Under the pieces are notes generated by a model. It did no database searches and was not told the DNA's origin. It saw only the letters and a program-made list of their open reading frames with translations. Position numbers and translations under genes: made by a program. A DNA stretch of 63,809 bases, filler included, from Polymyxa betae A26-41 (Eukaryota; Protista; Endomyxa: Phytomyxea), in NCBI GenBank assembly GCA_003693705.1. It is 7 parts of 7 records of this genome, joined end to end, with 100 filler letters (N's around TTAATTAATTAA, not from the genome) between each part and the next. Parts side by side here need not be neighbours in the genome. Positions count along the whole stretch, not along the records: positions 1 to 8,806 come from RBZT01000324.1; positions 8,907 to 18,720 come from RBZT01000114.1; 5 more parts are not named here. One strand, 5' to 3'. Shown here one piece after another: positions 1 to 10,254 of the stretch; within the stretch, counting starts at the first letter, position 1; every line of letters begins with the position of its first letter.

Positions 1-165
1 TAGGAGACAAACGACACAATCATGACCGTTTCCCCACAGCATGCGCCATGGAGAATCACTGGGCCATAACAATGACGCCCGCCGAATTTTGTTGTGTTTT
101 GCAGCCCCATTCCTGTTGTCGTATCGGCGACGGTTCATCATCAGAACGAATAGCCACCACATCAT
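1..165 (-). pseudogene. N-terminal fragment of a PIF/Harbinger-type transposase (runs off the window edge)
   Basis: Minus-strand translation ...KIRRASLLWPSDSPWRMLWGNGHD matches the LxRxxLLxPxxSPWxxLxxxxxD N-terminal motif of fungal/oomycete Harbinger-like transposases; divergent to a DUF6818-type gene. Confidence 0.55.
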
Positions 166-256
166 CACCGGCACCGGCCTCAAAGTGAAGGTCTAACGTT
201 GTGTTTCAACTTCACAACTTGTTCGTGGGCAGTTCTCTTGTAATGTTATAACGTGA

Positions 257-403
257 CCGACACTAAAGTAGCTTCGGGCCCTAAAATATCTTTTTTCGCC
301 AACGGTGGTAGCTACCGACAGCTAGTGTTTAGACGTAGCCGACGTTAAAGTGGCTTCCAGCCCTAAAATTGCTGTTTTCGCCTACTTTGGTAGCCGCCGA
401 CCG
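257..403. repeat. Imperfect ~65-bp direct repeat (2 copies) between divergent TE genes
   Basis: ccgacactaaagtagcttcgggccctaaaa...cgccaacggtggtagctaccgac (from 257) vs ccgacgttaaagtggcttccagccctaaaa...cgcctactttggtagccgccgac (from 339). Confidence 0.7.
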
Positions 404-444
404 TGTTTAGTAATCACTTTTATAAACGACTAGTTTGCTTAATA

Positions 445-1149
445 TGACTGAGCCCAAACTAAAGAAGGGGCGCATGGCTGGAGCAACCAATTTCCCCGTC
501 GAAAACCTGCACACCCTGAATATGTACTGCATGAAATACAAGCCCATCGGCGCCGACGAATGGGAATTGGTAGCAAGTCCGTACTGGCGAGGCCCTCAAG
601 AAGAAGTTTCGGGAGCTCCGTCACAAGAAAGTTCCAACTGGGGATCCCAACTGTCCGATCCATATCCGCGACGCGAAACGGATACACAGGATGATTAATG
701 CGCGCGTCATGCTGGACTCCTCAATGCCGGAGAGTGATCTGTTTGGCGAAGTGCAGGCTCCCAACGATGGAGATGAAGAGTCCGTCGGTGAATTGTCCGT
801 GTGCGAGTTCGACGACGGATATGGAAGGCCTATAGAACTCAAGGACACGCCACCGAGAGAGGCGAACAAGGCAATTCCACGGACAGGTTGCGCAGGCAAG
901 AAGAAGCTGGCGTCCAGTGGAACAGCCACGCCGGTTCCGTTGCGTCAAAAACGGAATCTGCAGATGCCGGACAATAACAGCGAAGACCGAATCCTGCTGA
1001 TGATGACGATGGAGGCAGAAGAACGACGAGAGGCTGAAACGCTGCGTGAAGAGCGCCGAGCTGCTCAAGCAGCAATTGATCGTGAAGAGGCCCGGCAACG
1101 TCATGAGCAATTCATGGCCTTAATCATGGCTGTTTTGAAGAAAGAATAA
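445..1149 (+). pseudogene. DUF6818-like Myb/SANT DNA-binding partner gene of a Harbinger element, frameshifted
   Basis: GRMAGATNF..KPIGADEWELVA in one frame; KKVPTGDPNCPIHIRDAKRIHRMINAR in the frame of ORF 691-1149; C-terminal coiled coil (EERREAE..EEARQRHEQFMALI). Confidence 0.7.
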
Positions 1150-2496
1150 TAAAAAACCTAAGTTTTGAGGCCTATTTCTAAATCTAGGAATCTGGAAAGG
1201 GTCCTCTGTGCCGATTCTAAATCCTGAATCTAGGACGAATCGGTCCAAATTTTCTGACACAGTGACAATATGAAAGGCTGCGCGAATTTAGTCTAGGAAT
1301 TCCTAAATTGAATTCCAGGAACCGTCCAGTATAATCCTTGAATTACAAACAGTATCAATTATTCACCTTTAAAATTGTGGCGAATCTTTGATTATGATCC
1401 ATCACAACGGTGACGCCCGGTCTCTAGTAGAAGATTTTGTTCCCTGCCCGTAATTCTTTACAGGTTAACAAAATGAAAATTTGTTTGTGAATTGAACAAC
1501 GTATGTGCAGTACTTTTCAGGAGGAAATGTCTTGCCGCGATTTTAGTCTGGCTCTGTATTCCATCGCATCTCTGAGCTGTGCCCGCATACGCTCTGAACT
1601 TTCATTAAAGCAGAAAACACTTATAGTGAGGTTCAATTACCTTCATGGTCGGAAAAGACAAGGACGGTCCGTCATCGGACATGGACATCACGGTCCAAAT
1701 CCGGAGCTGTAACTGTACGGAGTCAACAGACAACAAAATATGGTCAACTTCTTATACTAAAGCTAATCATTGTGACAGTGAACTTTGAAACTCATCGCAA
1801 AGTTTTTGAAAAGTATTCTCGCCGTCAGAAACTGAATGTATTAAGCTCTAAAGTCTAAAGTGTTTTTGAAATGTTCCGAAATTTACATTTTGTCTAATTG
1901 AAAAGTATGAAACAACAAACCTCCCAAAAACGACTTCATTGGCTGCGCTAGCAATAAAAATAAGATCATTCGTTACCTGGTTCTGATTGTGCCGATTCTG
2001 CAGTAGCACGAATTATGTTTTCGGTTGTGGGGGCTTCAGCTTCAGGCCAAGAACATTCACAATGATCGCGAATATGGTGAGCCATCTCCTTACGCGTAGA
2101 GAGTTGCTTTGATAGGTTCATTCAACAGTACATGTGCCACTGATGTATGTTTGGTTGACCTACAAGCTGAAAAACCCGATGTTAGAGAAATGCAATCCCC
2201 AAATCGTTCCGTTGCGCTCTTGGCAATGCATTCTTGGATTTCCCGCCAATTTTCTCATATGTTTTTGAATGATTGCCAAGGGACCGAGCAGAACACCGTG
2301 AGGGGCCACGTTTGATGTTGCCTGTTTTAATGCTTTAGGACGTTTTCTTGTTATATCAACAATGGGGGTTTGTCTGAGGGAAAGTGCTGCTTCTTATTGT
2401 GTCGAGCGTATTATTGGCAACGGATCAAATGGTTTTGCATCGATATCATCATGATGATCTATGGGTTGGAACGGGTTGAATGTCAGTATCTTTAAA

Positions 2497-5174
2497 CGAA
2501 CCTGCTAGTTGTACGACGGGTCGCACAACTAAGTAATTGTGCGACCACGCAGTCGCACAACTAGTTGCGCGTGCGACTCTATATAGAGGGTAGGTGAAGC
2601 GGCAATTCGATCGCGGTGCCCTCTTAGATTAAATTACGACGGACTCAGATGTTCCAACGTTGGGCTGCTTTTTTCGTTGGCAGCGCAGAAGTTTCGGCCG
2701 ACAGCTGCCTTCCTGATCACAGCACAGACGATGACACCTTGGACGCTCATTCCTGTGGTGCCTCTCCCTCGGCCTTACTATGTGGCGGTTCTGACGAGTC
2801 TCACGAAGAACTCCATCAAGATGATTCGGAACCAAACCACCTTCCAACCAACACTGATTGTGCACCGGCCTGTGGTGCACCGGTACCATCAAGCATTGAA
2901 GTTCACTGCAATGGAAGCGAAATCGCCAAGGGATCTATTTTCGCAACTTTGACAGAAGCGAAGGAGCTCTGTACTGCCTTTGCACAATGTCCTATTCGGC
3001 AATCCAGTACAAAAAAGCTCAAGTATTTAACTTTCTCATGTTTTAGAGGCGGAGCACCGGTTGCATATGAATCCAAAGTCGAGGAAGAATTCCAAAGAAC
3101 GAAATGGAGTTCTAGAATCGGATGTTCTTTCACGATCAGATTGAAGAAGAACGAAGAAATGGGAATCTACGAAGTCACTGAAGTGTTATCAATCCATAAT
3201 CACGAACTATTTGCGGATGATGAACTTCGGCTTCTTCCCCAGAATCGCCATAATCCTGAGGAAGTGAAACAGAAGATCCTGTCTCTAAATCATCACGGTG
3301 TTCTGACCTGCGATCAAATCATTTGCTTGATCGAAAACGATCATTTTCCAGAGCTTCAAGTCTCATGGACTAAACGTGATGTGCAAAACTTATTGCAACA
3401 GCACACCAATAGAAAATTCGAGACTCACGAATTTGTTTCGCTTCTTAATCGAAAGCGTACTGATGGCTGGGAAATACAGATCCAGCTCAACGAAAGAAAC
3501 GCTCAGATTGGAGCGAATAATTTGGATGTCGAAATCGGGAAAGGAGACGTATGGATCTTTCTTCGATGTCTTGGAAATTGATTCGACTTACAAGACCAAT
3601 AGGTAAGCTTTTGCCAGCAGGTGATCAACGGGTTTTAAAATAAAATAGATTCGGCATGCCGTTAGTTCTCTTCACGGTGGTTGATAACCATGGCTTGACT
3701 AACCTGGTAGCGGGATGCTTGCTGAGCAAGGAAAAGCGTGAATCCTACGAATGGGCGCTTACGCAGTTCGAGGTTGTTAACAGCTGCAACGTTCGATTAC
3801 GATTTGATTCTGAAACGCAGTCTTGGAACTCTCGCCATCCAACAATCCTGTTCACAGAAGGCGATACAGAACTTGCAAAAGCAATCCAGGAAGTTTGGCA
3901 GAAGACGATTCATCTACTATGCAGACTCCATATCGCACAGAGCATCAATCGTGCACTTGCTGGAACTCTCCGGAAGAGACTAAACGAATTCCTGTCTGAC
4001 TTCTGGCGCATCGGCGCCATTGAAAGTATCGAAGAATTCGAGTCTGAATTCTCTGATCTGGAGACGAAATGGGCCGAAGCCAGCAAATATATTCCATTTC
4101 TGAAAGCAAAACGACAAAAATGGGCATTTGCATACTCCCATCAACACTTTGTTGCTGGAATATCATCAGCCAAACGCCAAGAGCAAGTCAATTGCCAAAT
4201 TAAGTCGTCCCTAATGAGCAACTCTTCTTTGCAGCGAATAATCGATGGTTTTGAGAGAGTTGAAAAAGGATCTGCAGAACGACTGTTACAAGCTACGGTC
4301 GCAACCAAACGTGCTTCCGTAACTGATGACCCCATCATCCATGACTGAATGAAGGAGCTGACCTTATATGCCGGAAAACTGGTCAAACAAGATTGTTCAC
4401 AGTCACTATCCTATAAGTGTTCGGTCGAATCCGGCTCATTCCAAATGTTCCGCGTCTCTCATAAGGATGCCCCCATGAGCAAGTATCGGACGGTCACAAT
4501 TAACTCGGAAACACCACTCGCAATTCATTGCTCTTGTCGCAAACCAGTTTGGCATGGCGTCGTATGCCGGCATATTTTAACTGTGTTGCGGCACCGAAAC
4601 ATCCTCTCTTGTCCAATTGAGCTATTTAACCCCCGTTGGCGCAGAACATTTGTTGATTCTACACGCACGAAAAACATGCTTGAGTGCGCTATAGGGATTG
4701 GGCCTTCAACCCGTGTTGCCGACGTTAATGGGCAGGAGAGGCCAAATCTTACTGAAGACGACAGGATATCCGACCTCGCCGCGATTTCGAAAGATCTGAT
4801 TATACGCTCGGCCTCTAATGACCCTACTTACCAGTACGTCAGATCAATGCTTTTAACGACCTACAATTGTCTAGTCAAGTCTCAGAATTTGCAGCAAGGC
4901 GATAATGTGGATAACTCTGATGACAATGTTATTCGCAATCCGTTGAAAACTCGGACAAAGGGACGCCCAAAACGGGGGCAAACGATACATGAGCCAGGCC
5001 GAAAAACAGCAGCGACAACATAAGAAGAATAAACAGGCCGACTGATATCGGCATTAATTGGGCAAGAAGGGAGACCCTCGATTGGTATATAGAGTCGCAG
5101 GCGCAACTAGTTGTGCGACTGCGAGGTCGCACAATTAGTTAGTTGTGCGACCCGTCGTACAACTAGCAGGTTCG
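2497..5174 (+). mobile_element. Mutator-like element (MULE, FAR1 type), full length, ~90-bp TIRs, 9-bp TSD
   Basis: Left TIR cgaacctgctagttgtacgacgggtcgcacaac... (from 2497) is the near-perfect reverse complement of ~5086-5174; TSD ATCTTTAAA at 2488-2496 and 5175-5183. Confidence 0.95.
2649..5023 (+). pseudogene. FAR1/MULE transposase with SWIM zinc finger, disrupted
   Basis: FAR1-like DBD (FSCFRGG..RIGCSFTI..HNHEL); IDSTYKTNR|FGMPL across an intron at ~3603-3648; LLCRLHI; SWIM CSCRKPVWHGVVCRHIL; RNPLKTRTKGRPKR; frameshift at ~3490 and in-frame TGA at 4346. Confidence 0.9.
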
Positions 5175-5183
5175 ATCTTTAAA

Positions 5184-7080
5184 TTCTACACACATAATAT
5201 TTAAGAATCGCGAATTGACAAATAATCCCGGAAATATTGTAATACCAACGGAGTCATAATCGCGATCGCTATTGTTCATCTGCGTGACCTCATCATTCTG
5301 CAATATTTGGTCAGTTTGTCCTGAACAAAGTTCATGTGATGATGACTGCTGGCGTTCGGAAACGTCTCTCTGTTCGGCTGTTTCTTCCGTGGGCGCAGGA
5401 GATAAAATCTGATTTGCGGCCGGTCTGGGGAGTGAATCATCAATATTTCTGGAAGATGCATTTTGTGAAGGGATATGGTCAATCGCTAATGCTGCAGGAC
5501 GATTTTGTTGGACTGATCTGCTTCCCGCTTCAACCACAGCTACATAAATGAATCAGTAAAGATGCAGCTGGATTCAAGTTAAACATACCTGATTCGGAGA
5601 TATGAGAGTTTGGGTTGGGCGGCCGGTTATGGACTATTTGGTATGCCTCTTTGAATATCAAATAGTCGTTTGGTATATTGCTGGGAGAGTACGACATCAT
5701 TCGTGCGTGCTGAGGTGGTAACGAGATGCCAGGTTGGCAATTTTGATAATCTTGAAAAGCTTTCTCTGCATCAGCTCTTAACTTAAAACAAAGTCTTTCA
5801 AATTTGGATGGGGGTTACCCATTAGTCGATTTAGTCTGCAGTTGTAATTTCCAAAGGGTTATTGGTCCGGTTGGTCAAAGTTTCGTTTCCTTCGAAGATC
5901 CTGTAGATATTCGAGTCTCCCGGTGAATATTTACCTAGCCATGTTCGTTTAAAATAATCAAAGAACCTAGCTGTAATTTCGGCCTTATATAAGAGAATCC
6001 GATGGTGCCAATATCCTCGTGAGGGATTAACGAGAGTGTATCCAGCATGTCCTTGGACATCAATTTGCCGATAAGAGCACCATCCATTTTCAGTTTTTTG
6101 CAGTTTCCGACCGCTTGCTTGCTTCCAGTGAAACAAACAGCCGATAGTCGAAGTCGTGGGACCCATGACATCTACATCAAACATGAAACTGAGATCTTGC
6201 CTAGAAAGGCCTTACCTTTTACAGCAGAAATTATTCCTTTTTCGAAGTTGCAATAAACATGTCCAGGTTTTAAGGAAACTCCAACCACTGTTCTGATCAT
6301 ATTGAAACTGAAACGATATAGGAATGCAGAATTTCCGGTCGTTAGCACATTAAATTCCCGGTAACTATAAATCTGTCGGACAATGCCGAATCATAAAGAC
6401 TAGAAGCTGGCTAAATGGTTTGGGAACCACTCGAAATGTGGTATCCATAAAGATGTCGGCGTTTGGAGTTTTCAAAAGATTGCAGAGCCCAGGATGCCCC
6501 CATCCAGCAATTCGATGCTTTACAGTGCCTTCAAACACTGGAGTATTGAAAGCAAGAAATGGCGCTCTTTCGTCTGATAACAATGCCAAATCCCGCTGCT
6601 CTTTGTCGCGCAATCGGTCTGCACGCAATCCTCCATTCTTGACATATTGAACTCGGGACATGGCTTCCTTTTTTTAAGGATAAGAAGGGGACCCTGTTGC
6701 ACTTCGTGTTAATTGCATTCCAGACTTGCTCCCATAACACCGTTGCAGTCAGATGTCGTTGTGTTGCCACCAGATTGTCAATCATGGTCCGCATCTGCAC
6801 ATTTGTCATCATTTCATTTGGGATTCGTTTAAAGTTGCTACCTCATCTTCGTCTTTACCACATCGGCATTAACACGAAGGCAGTTGTGGAGTTCAACAAG
6901 GCATCCGCTTATCAAAGAGCCATCCGGGTTAATAGTAATGCTTGCTGGGCAGCCTTCGGTTCGCTTTTGCGTTACCCGATATTTGCTACATCGGTAGAAT
7001 TTGGCTCCTGAAGAGCCAGTTCGATTGTACACATATGTATAACCATCGAGAATTATCGACGGATTTGCAGGAGATGGCAT
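5184..7080 (-). pseudogene. FLYWCH-type MULE transposase, heavily frameshifted
   Basis: FLYWCH-like IILDGYTYVYNRTG..FYRCSKYR..CPASI..HNC; IFMDTTFRVVPKPFSQL; GCLFHWKQA; TNRTNNPLE. Confidence 0.85.
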
Positions 7081-7176
7081 GTTCGCAGTAGAAACCTCGT
7101 AGAGGATCCAATTCAGAAGGCGCAGCAATTTGGGAATTGTATCGGTTCCATGCTTTGTAATAAAGAAAATCAATTG

Positions 7177-7343
7177 TTAGGGTTAGGGTTTGATAGGTCA
7201 TTCTGTAGGCCAATTGGTGCCAGTAGGTCAAACTGTAGGTCATTTGGCACCAGTAGGGCAAACAGTAGGTCATTTAAGTACGCCGGGAAACAGTGCGCGC
7301 AGTAGGTCAATTCGTAGGGCGAAGGTCAATTTAAATTTTCCCG
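7177..7343. repeat. Terminal region of the FLYWCH-MULE: (TTAGGG)2 plus an array of GTAGG(T/C/G)CA subterminal motifs
   Basis: ttagggttaggg at 7177-7188 followed by about 8 gtaggtca-like motifs. Confidence 0.6.
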
Positions 7344-7549
7344 ATCCAGCCAATCAGATTGCGCCACGCGCATTTATTCCAGATTTTATAATTACGGAGG
7401 TCGGGGACCTCCACAATTCAGAAGGTGCTCATATAATTATCAAACAATGCGCTCACGGAGTTGTCGAGCCGTCTCCTCTGCTAGCATCCTGGGCGTCGGG
7501 ATGGCTGTTACGGCAGCTGGAAATTCAATAGCTGAAGCATTGCTTGACA

Positions 7550-8470
7550 TGGATGGGCGATCGTTTGCTATGCAGAGTTTGTGACGATTTTCTATCCGAC
7601 AGTCGCAATTAGAAACTGCAGACGCTCACGCATCATTCAAAAATGGTTGGTTTATTGATCAGTTCCGATGTTCAAGGTCGACATTCGATACTATTTGCGA
7701 TCTAGTCGAAGAACATTGGTTACATGTCAACGATCCTATAACCACAACGCTATTTTCTTAGTTCGGGAACGAGTTGCGGTCACTTTCTATTACCTGACTC
7801 ACTCAGGCAATCTTGCGTCGTCAGCTAAAACATTCGGAATATGCAAGTCTTCAGCAGATGGATTTATCTGGCAAGTGGTAGATGTCATTGGGACTGTCTT
7901 GGAACCACTATTTGTCAAGGTTGCTGAATCCGATGCTGAATGGCTTGAAACCTGCGAGGGATTCGACAAAGTTTGCGGTTACCCAAATGGGTGTCTGGCG
8001 ATCGATGGATCGTTATTTGAGATTGAACGGCCAGAAGATTTTGAGGGGTGGTACTGTCGCAAATGTTACCCTGCAATCAATGCACTGATCGTTATTGATT
8101 ATAAGTGCCGTATATGCTCGTATGATTTTCGTCCCGGATCTGCAAACGACAAAGCGGTGTTCAATTACTCTCAGTTTGGTAAGAGCATTCACAAAATGTG
8201 CCGAAAGGGAAGCATGTAATCGCCGACTCTGGGAATACATGAACTGAGTACGTAATGATTCCATTTCCGATAGCGGAAACAATGCCTGCTGATGAGCGCA
8301 CGTTCAATTATTTACAGTCGAGGACTCGGATAGCTGTTGAAAGAGCAATCGGAATGCTGAAGAATCGGTTCAATATTCTGAAGCTTCCATTGAACCAAAA
8401 ACCGAATCGTATTACAGGCAATACTGCGACTTCCCAAATGGCAAAAATTATTCGGGCATGTTTTTTCTTA
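7550..8470 (+). pseudogene. HARBI1-like (DDE_Tnp_4) Harbinger transposase, frameshifted and 3'-truncated
   Basis: WFIDQFRCSRSTFDTICDLV; AIDGSLFEIERP..WYCRK..AINA; PGSAND; FNYLQSRTRIAVERAIGMLKNRF. Confidence 0.9.
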
Positions 8471-8806
8471 GGGTGCGTTTGGCTATCTGCGTTGCGGAAT
8501 TTCGCAAACTTCCTTTTTTGCAATATTGCTGAAAAATATTGTGAGAACAGGTTTTGTCAATTTCCAGATCGTTTGGATGCATTGTTTGTGAATAAAAAAA
8601 AACAAAATTGATAGTCCGCATCGAATATCTTCTACATTGTACTGTACTCTCTTTGGGACAATCATGTCAAACGAAGGGCAGTTTCAGGCTCAGGCTAAGC
8701 CGGCCGTAAAACAAGATGTCGGGCGTGCTAAATGGACGGATAACAAGCAGTTACGTCTAATGGACCTTATGATCGTCCAGGTGAATTGCTAGTTCTACCA
8801 TCCGCC
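8471..8806 (+). mobile_element. 5' end of a PIF/Tourist-type element inserted into the Harbinger transposase; carries the start of a Myb/SANT gene
   Basis: TTA (8468-8470) followed by GGGTGCGTTTGG, a PIF-like TIR; ATG at 8664 gives MSNEGQ..GRAKWTDNKQLRLMDLMIVQV (Myb_DNA-bind_3-like); cut by a gap. Confidence 0.7.
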
Positions 8807-8906
8807 NNNNNNNNNNNNNNNNNNNNNNNNNNNNNNNNNNNNNNNNNNNNTTAATTAATTAANNNNNNNNNNNNNNNNNNNNNNNNNNNNNNNNNNNNNN
8901 NNNNNN
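8807..8906. other. Artificial contig-joining linker N44-TTAATTAATTAA-N44 (12-mers also at 18765, 37196, 42097, 51169, 59883)
   Basis: Identical 12-mer giving stops in all six frames, centred in 100-nt gaps, six times. Confidence 0.97.
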
Positions 8907-9557
8907 CAGTCACTCCCCTTACAAGAATTCACCAGAAACTTGCAGAGACTCTCATAGTCATTAATATCAGTCACATCATGATTGAAGGAATATTGAAGGA
9001 ATACAGAAGGTCGGTTGAGATGTGACTTTCTTCTGACAGTTCACAAATCATATAAATCCAGAGTTGTAGAAACATTTCATACATTAAGATAAATCTTTCT
9101 GAGAGGTGGTGAAAATAGGGCGGATGCAAGAAATTTTGATTTGCATATTGATCATAGAGAATCTGTACCTATATTGCATGTTAAAAAGATGCGATTTCTT
9201 TCTGACTGTCCAGAGATGTCATAAATCTAGAGAAATAGAATCATTTCATACATCAAAATTGACATTTAGGTCAAATGAGGGCTCAAATTGGTGATTGAAA
9301 TAGGGCGGATGCAAGAAATCGTGTTGAAGATATGGACCATAGAGAACCGGTTCCTGTATTGCATGTTAAAAAAATGTGACTTCTTTCTGACTGATCAGGA
9401 ATCTTACTCCGGTTTCTGTAACGAGTGGGTCAAGATCAGAGACTGTAACAGGAGTCTCCACTAGAGAGCTTGTAACATTACTTGGACCAGAGCTAAATGT
9501 AGCAGCCAAGCATTCAGATAGGCTCAATATCAGAAAGACAGCCACAGGACCAACCAT
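8907..9557 (-). CDS. Secreted protein family, copy A (multi-exon, 3' end lost in gap)
   Basis: Signal peptide MVGPVAVFLILSLSECLAA; GTAAGA donor after ETG; exon EPVLYGPYLQHDFLHPPYFNHQF; paralogous to the gene starting at 12881. Confidence 0.7.
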
Positions 9558-9933
9558 TTCCTGGAAAATGAAGTCTGATGGTCGGAAATCGACTTCGGGG
9601 AAATTTTTGACCCGAGATGGAAAACCCCAATTCTAAGCGCAGTTTCAGATTTTCAAATTGTTAAAGTCTTAAAGTCTTTTCAAAGTTTTTCGAGACCTGT
9701 CTCTACACTGTATCGTAAACAATATGTGATTTTTCGTCGAGCATCCAGCTCCTGTCAATAGAACACGTCCAGAATCAGGATCTTATATAATTCCGAACAT
9801 TTCCTCCCCCAAGACAAAATTATAAAGTGAAGGTAGGAATTTGTGAGATTTGCTCATTTAAAAGCACCAGTAAAACCGCCCCCCGTGAAACCCTGAAGGA
9901 AAAATCGAACGGGTTTTGGACAAAAAGTCACTT

Positions 9934-10252
9934 AGAACATCTCCAAGTCGGGTCTATTCCGAGGTCTATTCACTATAGACCCGTCACGGAATGTTCCATC
10001 GCGCGTCAATAGTCTATCTACAACCGGTAAATAGACCGGTCGATAGTTGCAAGTTGCGAGAGCGACATAGACGGGAGTTCGATTCGTCTCGACTGTATTT
10101 TGGTTAGCTGTATTTTTTTTTGGCGGTTTGGAACACGGAATTAGCAGGGTTCTTCTTCGTTCCGTGACGAACTGAGCCAAAGGGTCGCAGCAAAGGCTGG
10201 ACCTCAGACGAGGACATGTTCTTCGATCGCTCTGTCGTGCAGGTTAGCCATG
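9934..10252 (+). mobile_element. Truncated Harbinger remnant of the GAGCATCTCCAA-TIR family
   Basis: tta followed by gaacatctccaa; downstream PKGRSKGWTSDEDMFFDRSVVQVSH resembles KGKSWTEAENLCLARDVVYVSH of ORF 56907-57710. Confidence 0.6.
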
Positions 10253-10254
10253 TC

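Noticed and set aside
1168-1330. Clustered tctaaatc/tctagga motifs, possible MITE or TIR
   Set aside because: Could not identify paired termini or a TSD
4346-4348. In-frame TGA codons in TE ORFs suggesting recoding or selenocysteine
   Set aside because: Confined to decayed transposases that also have frameshifts; host genes use TGA as a normal stop
7190-7531. ORF MIGHSVGQLVPVGQTVGHL...
   Set aside because: Incidental translation of transposon subterminal DNA repeats
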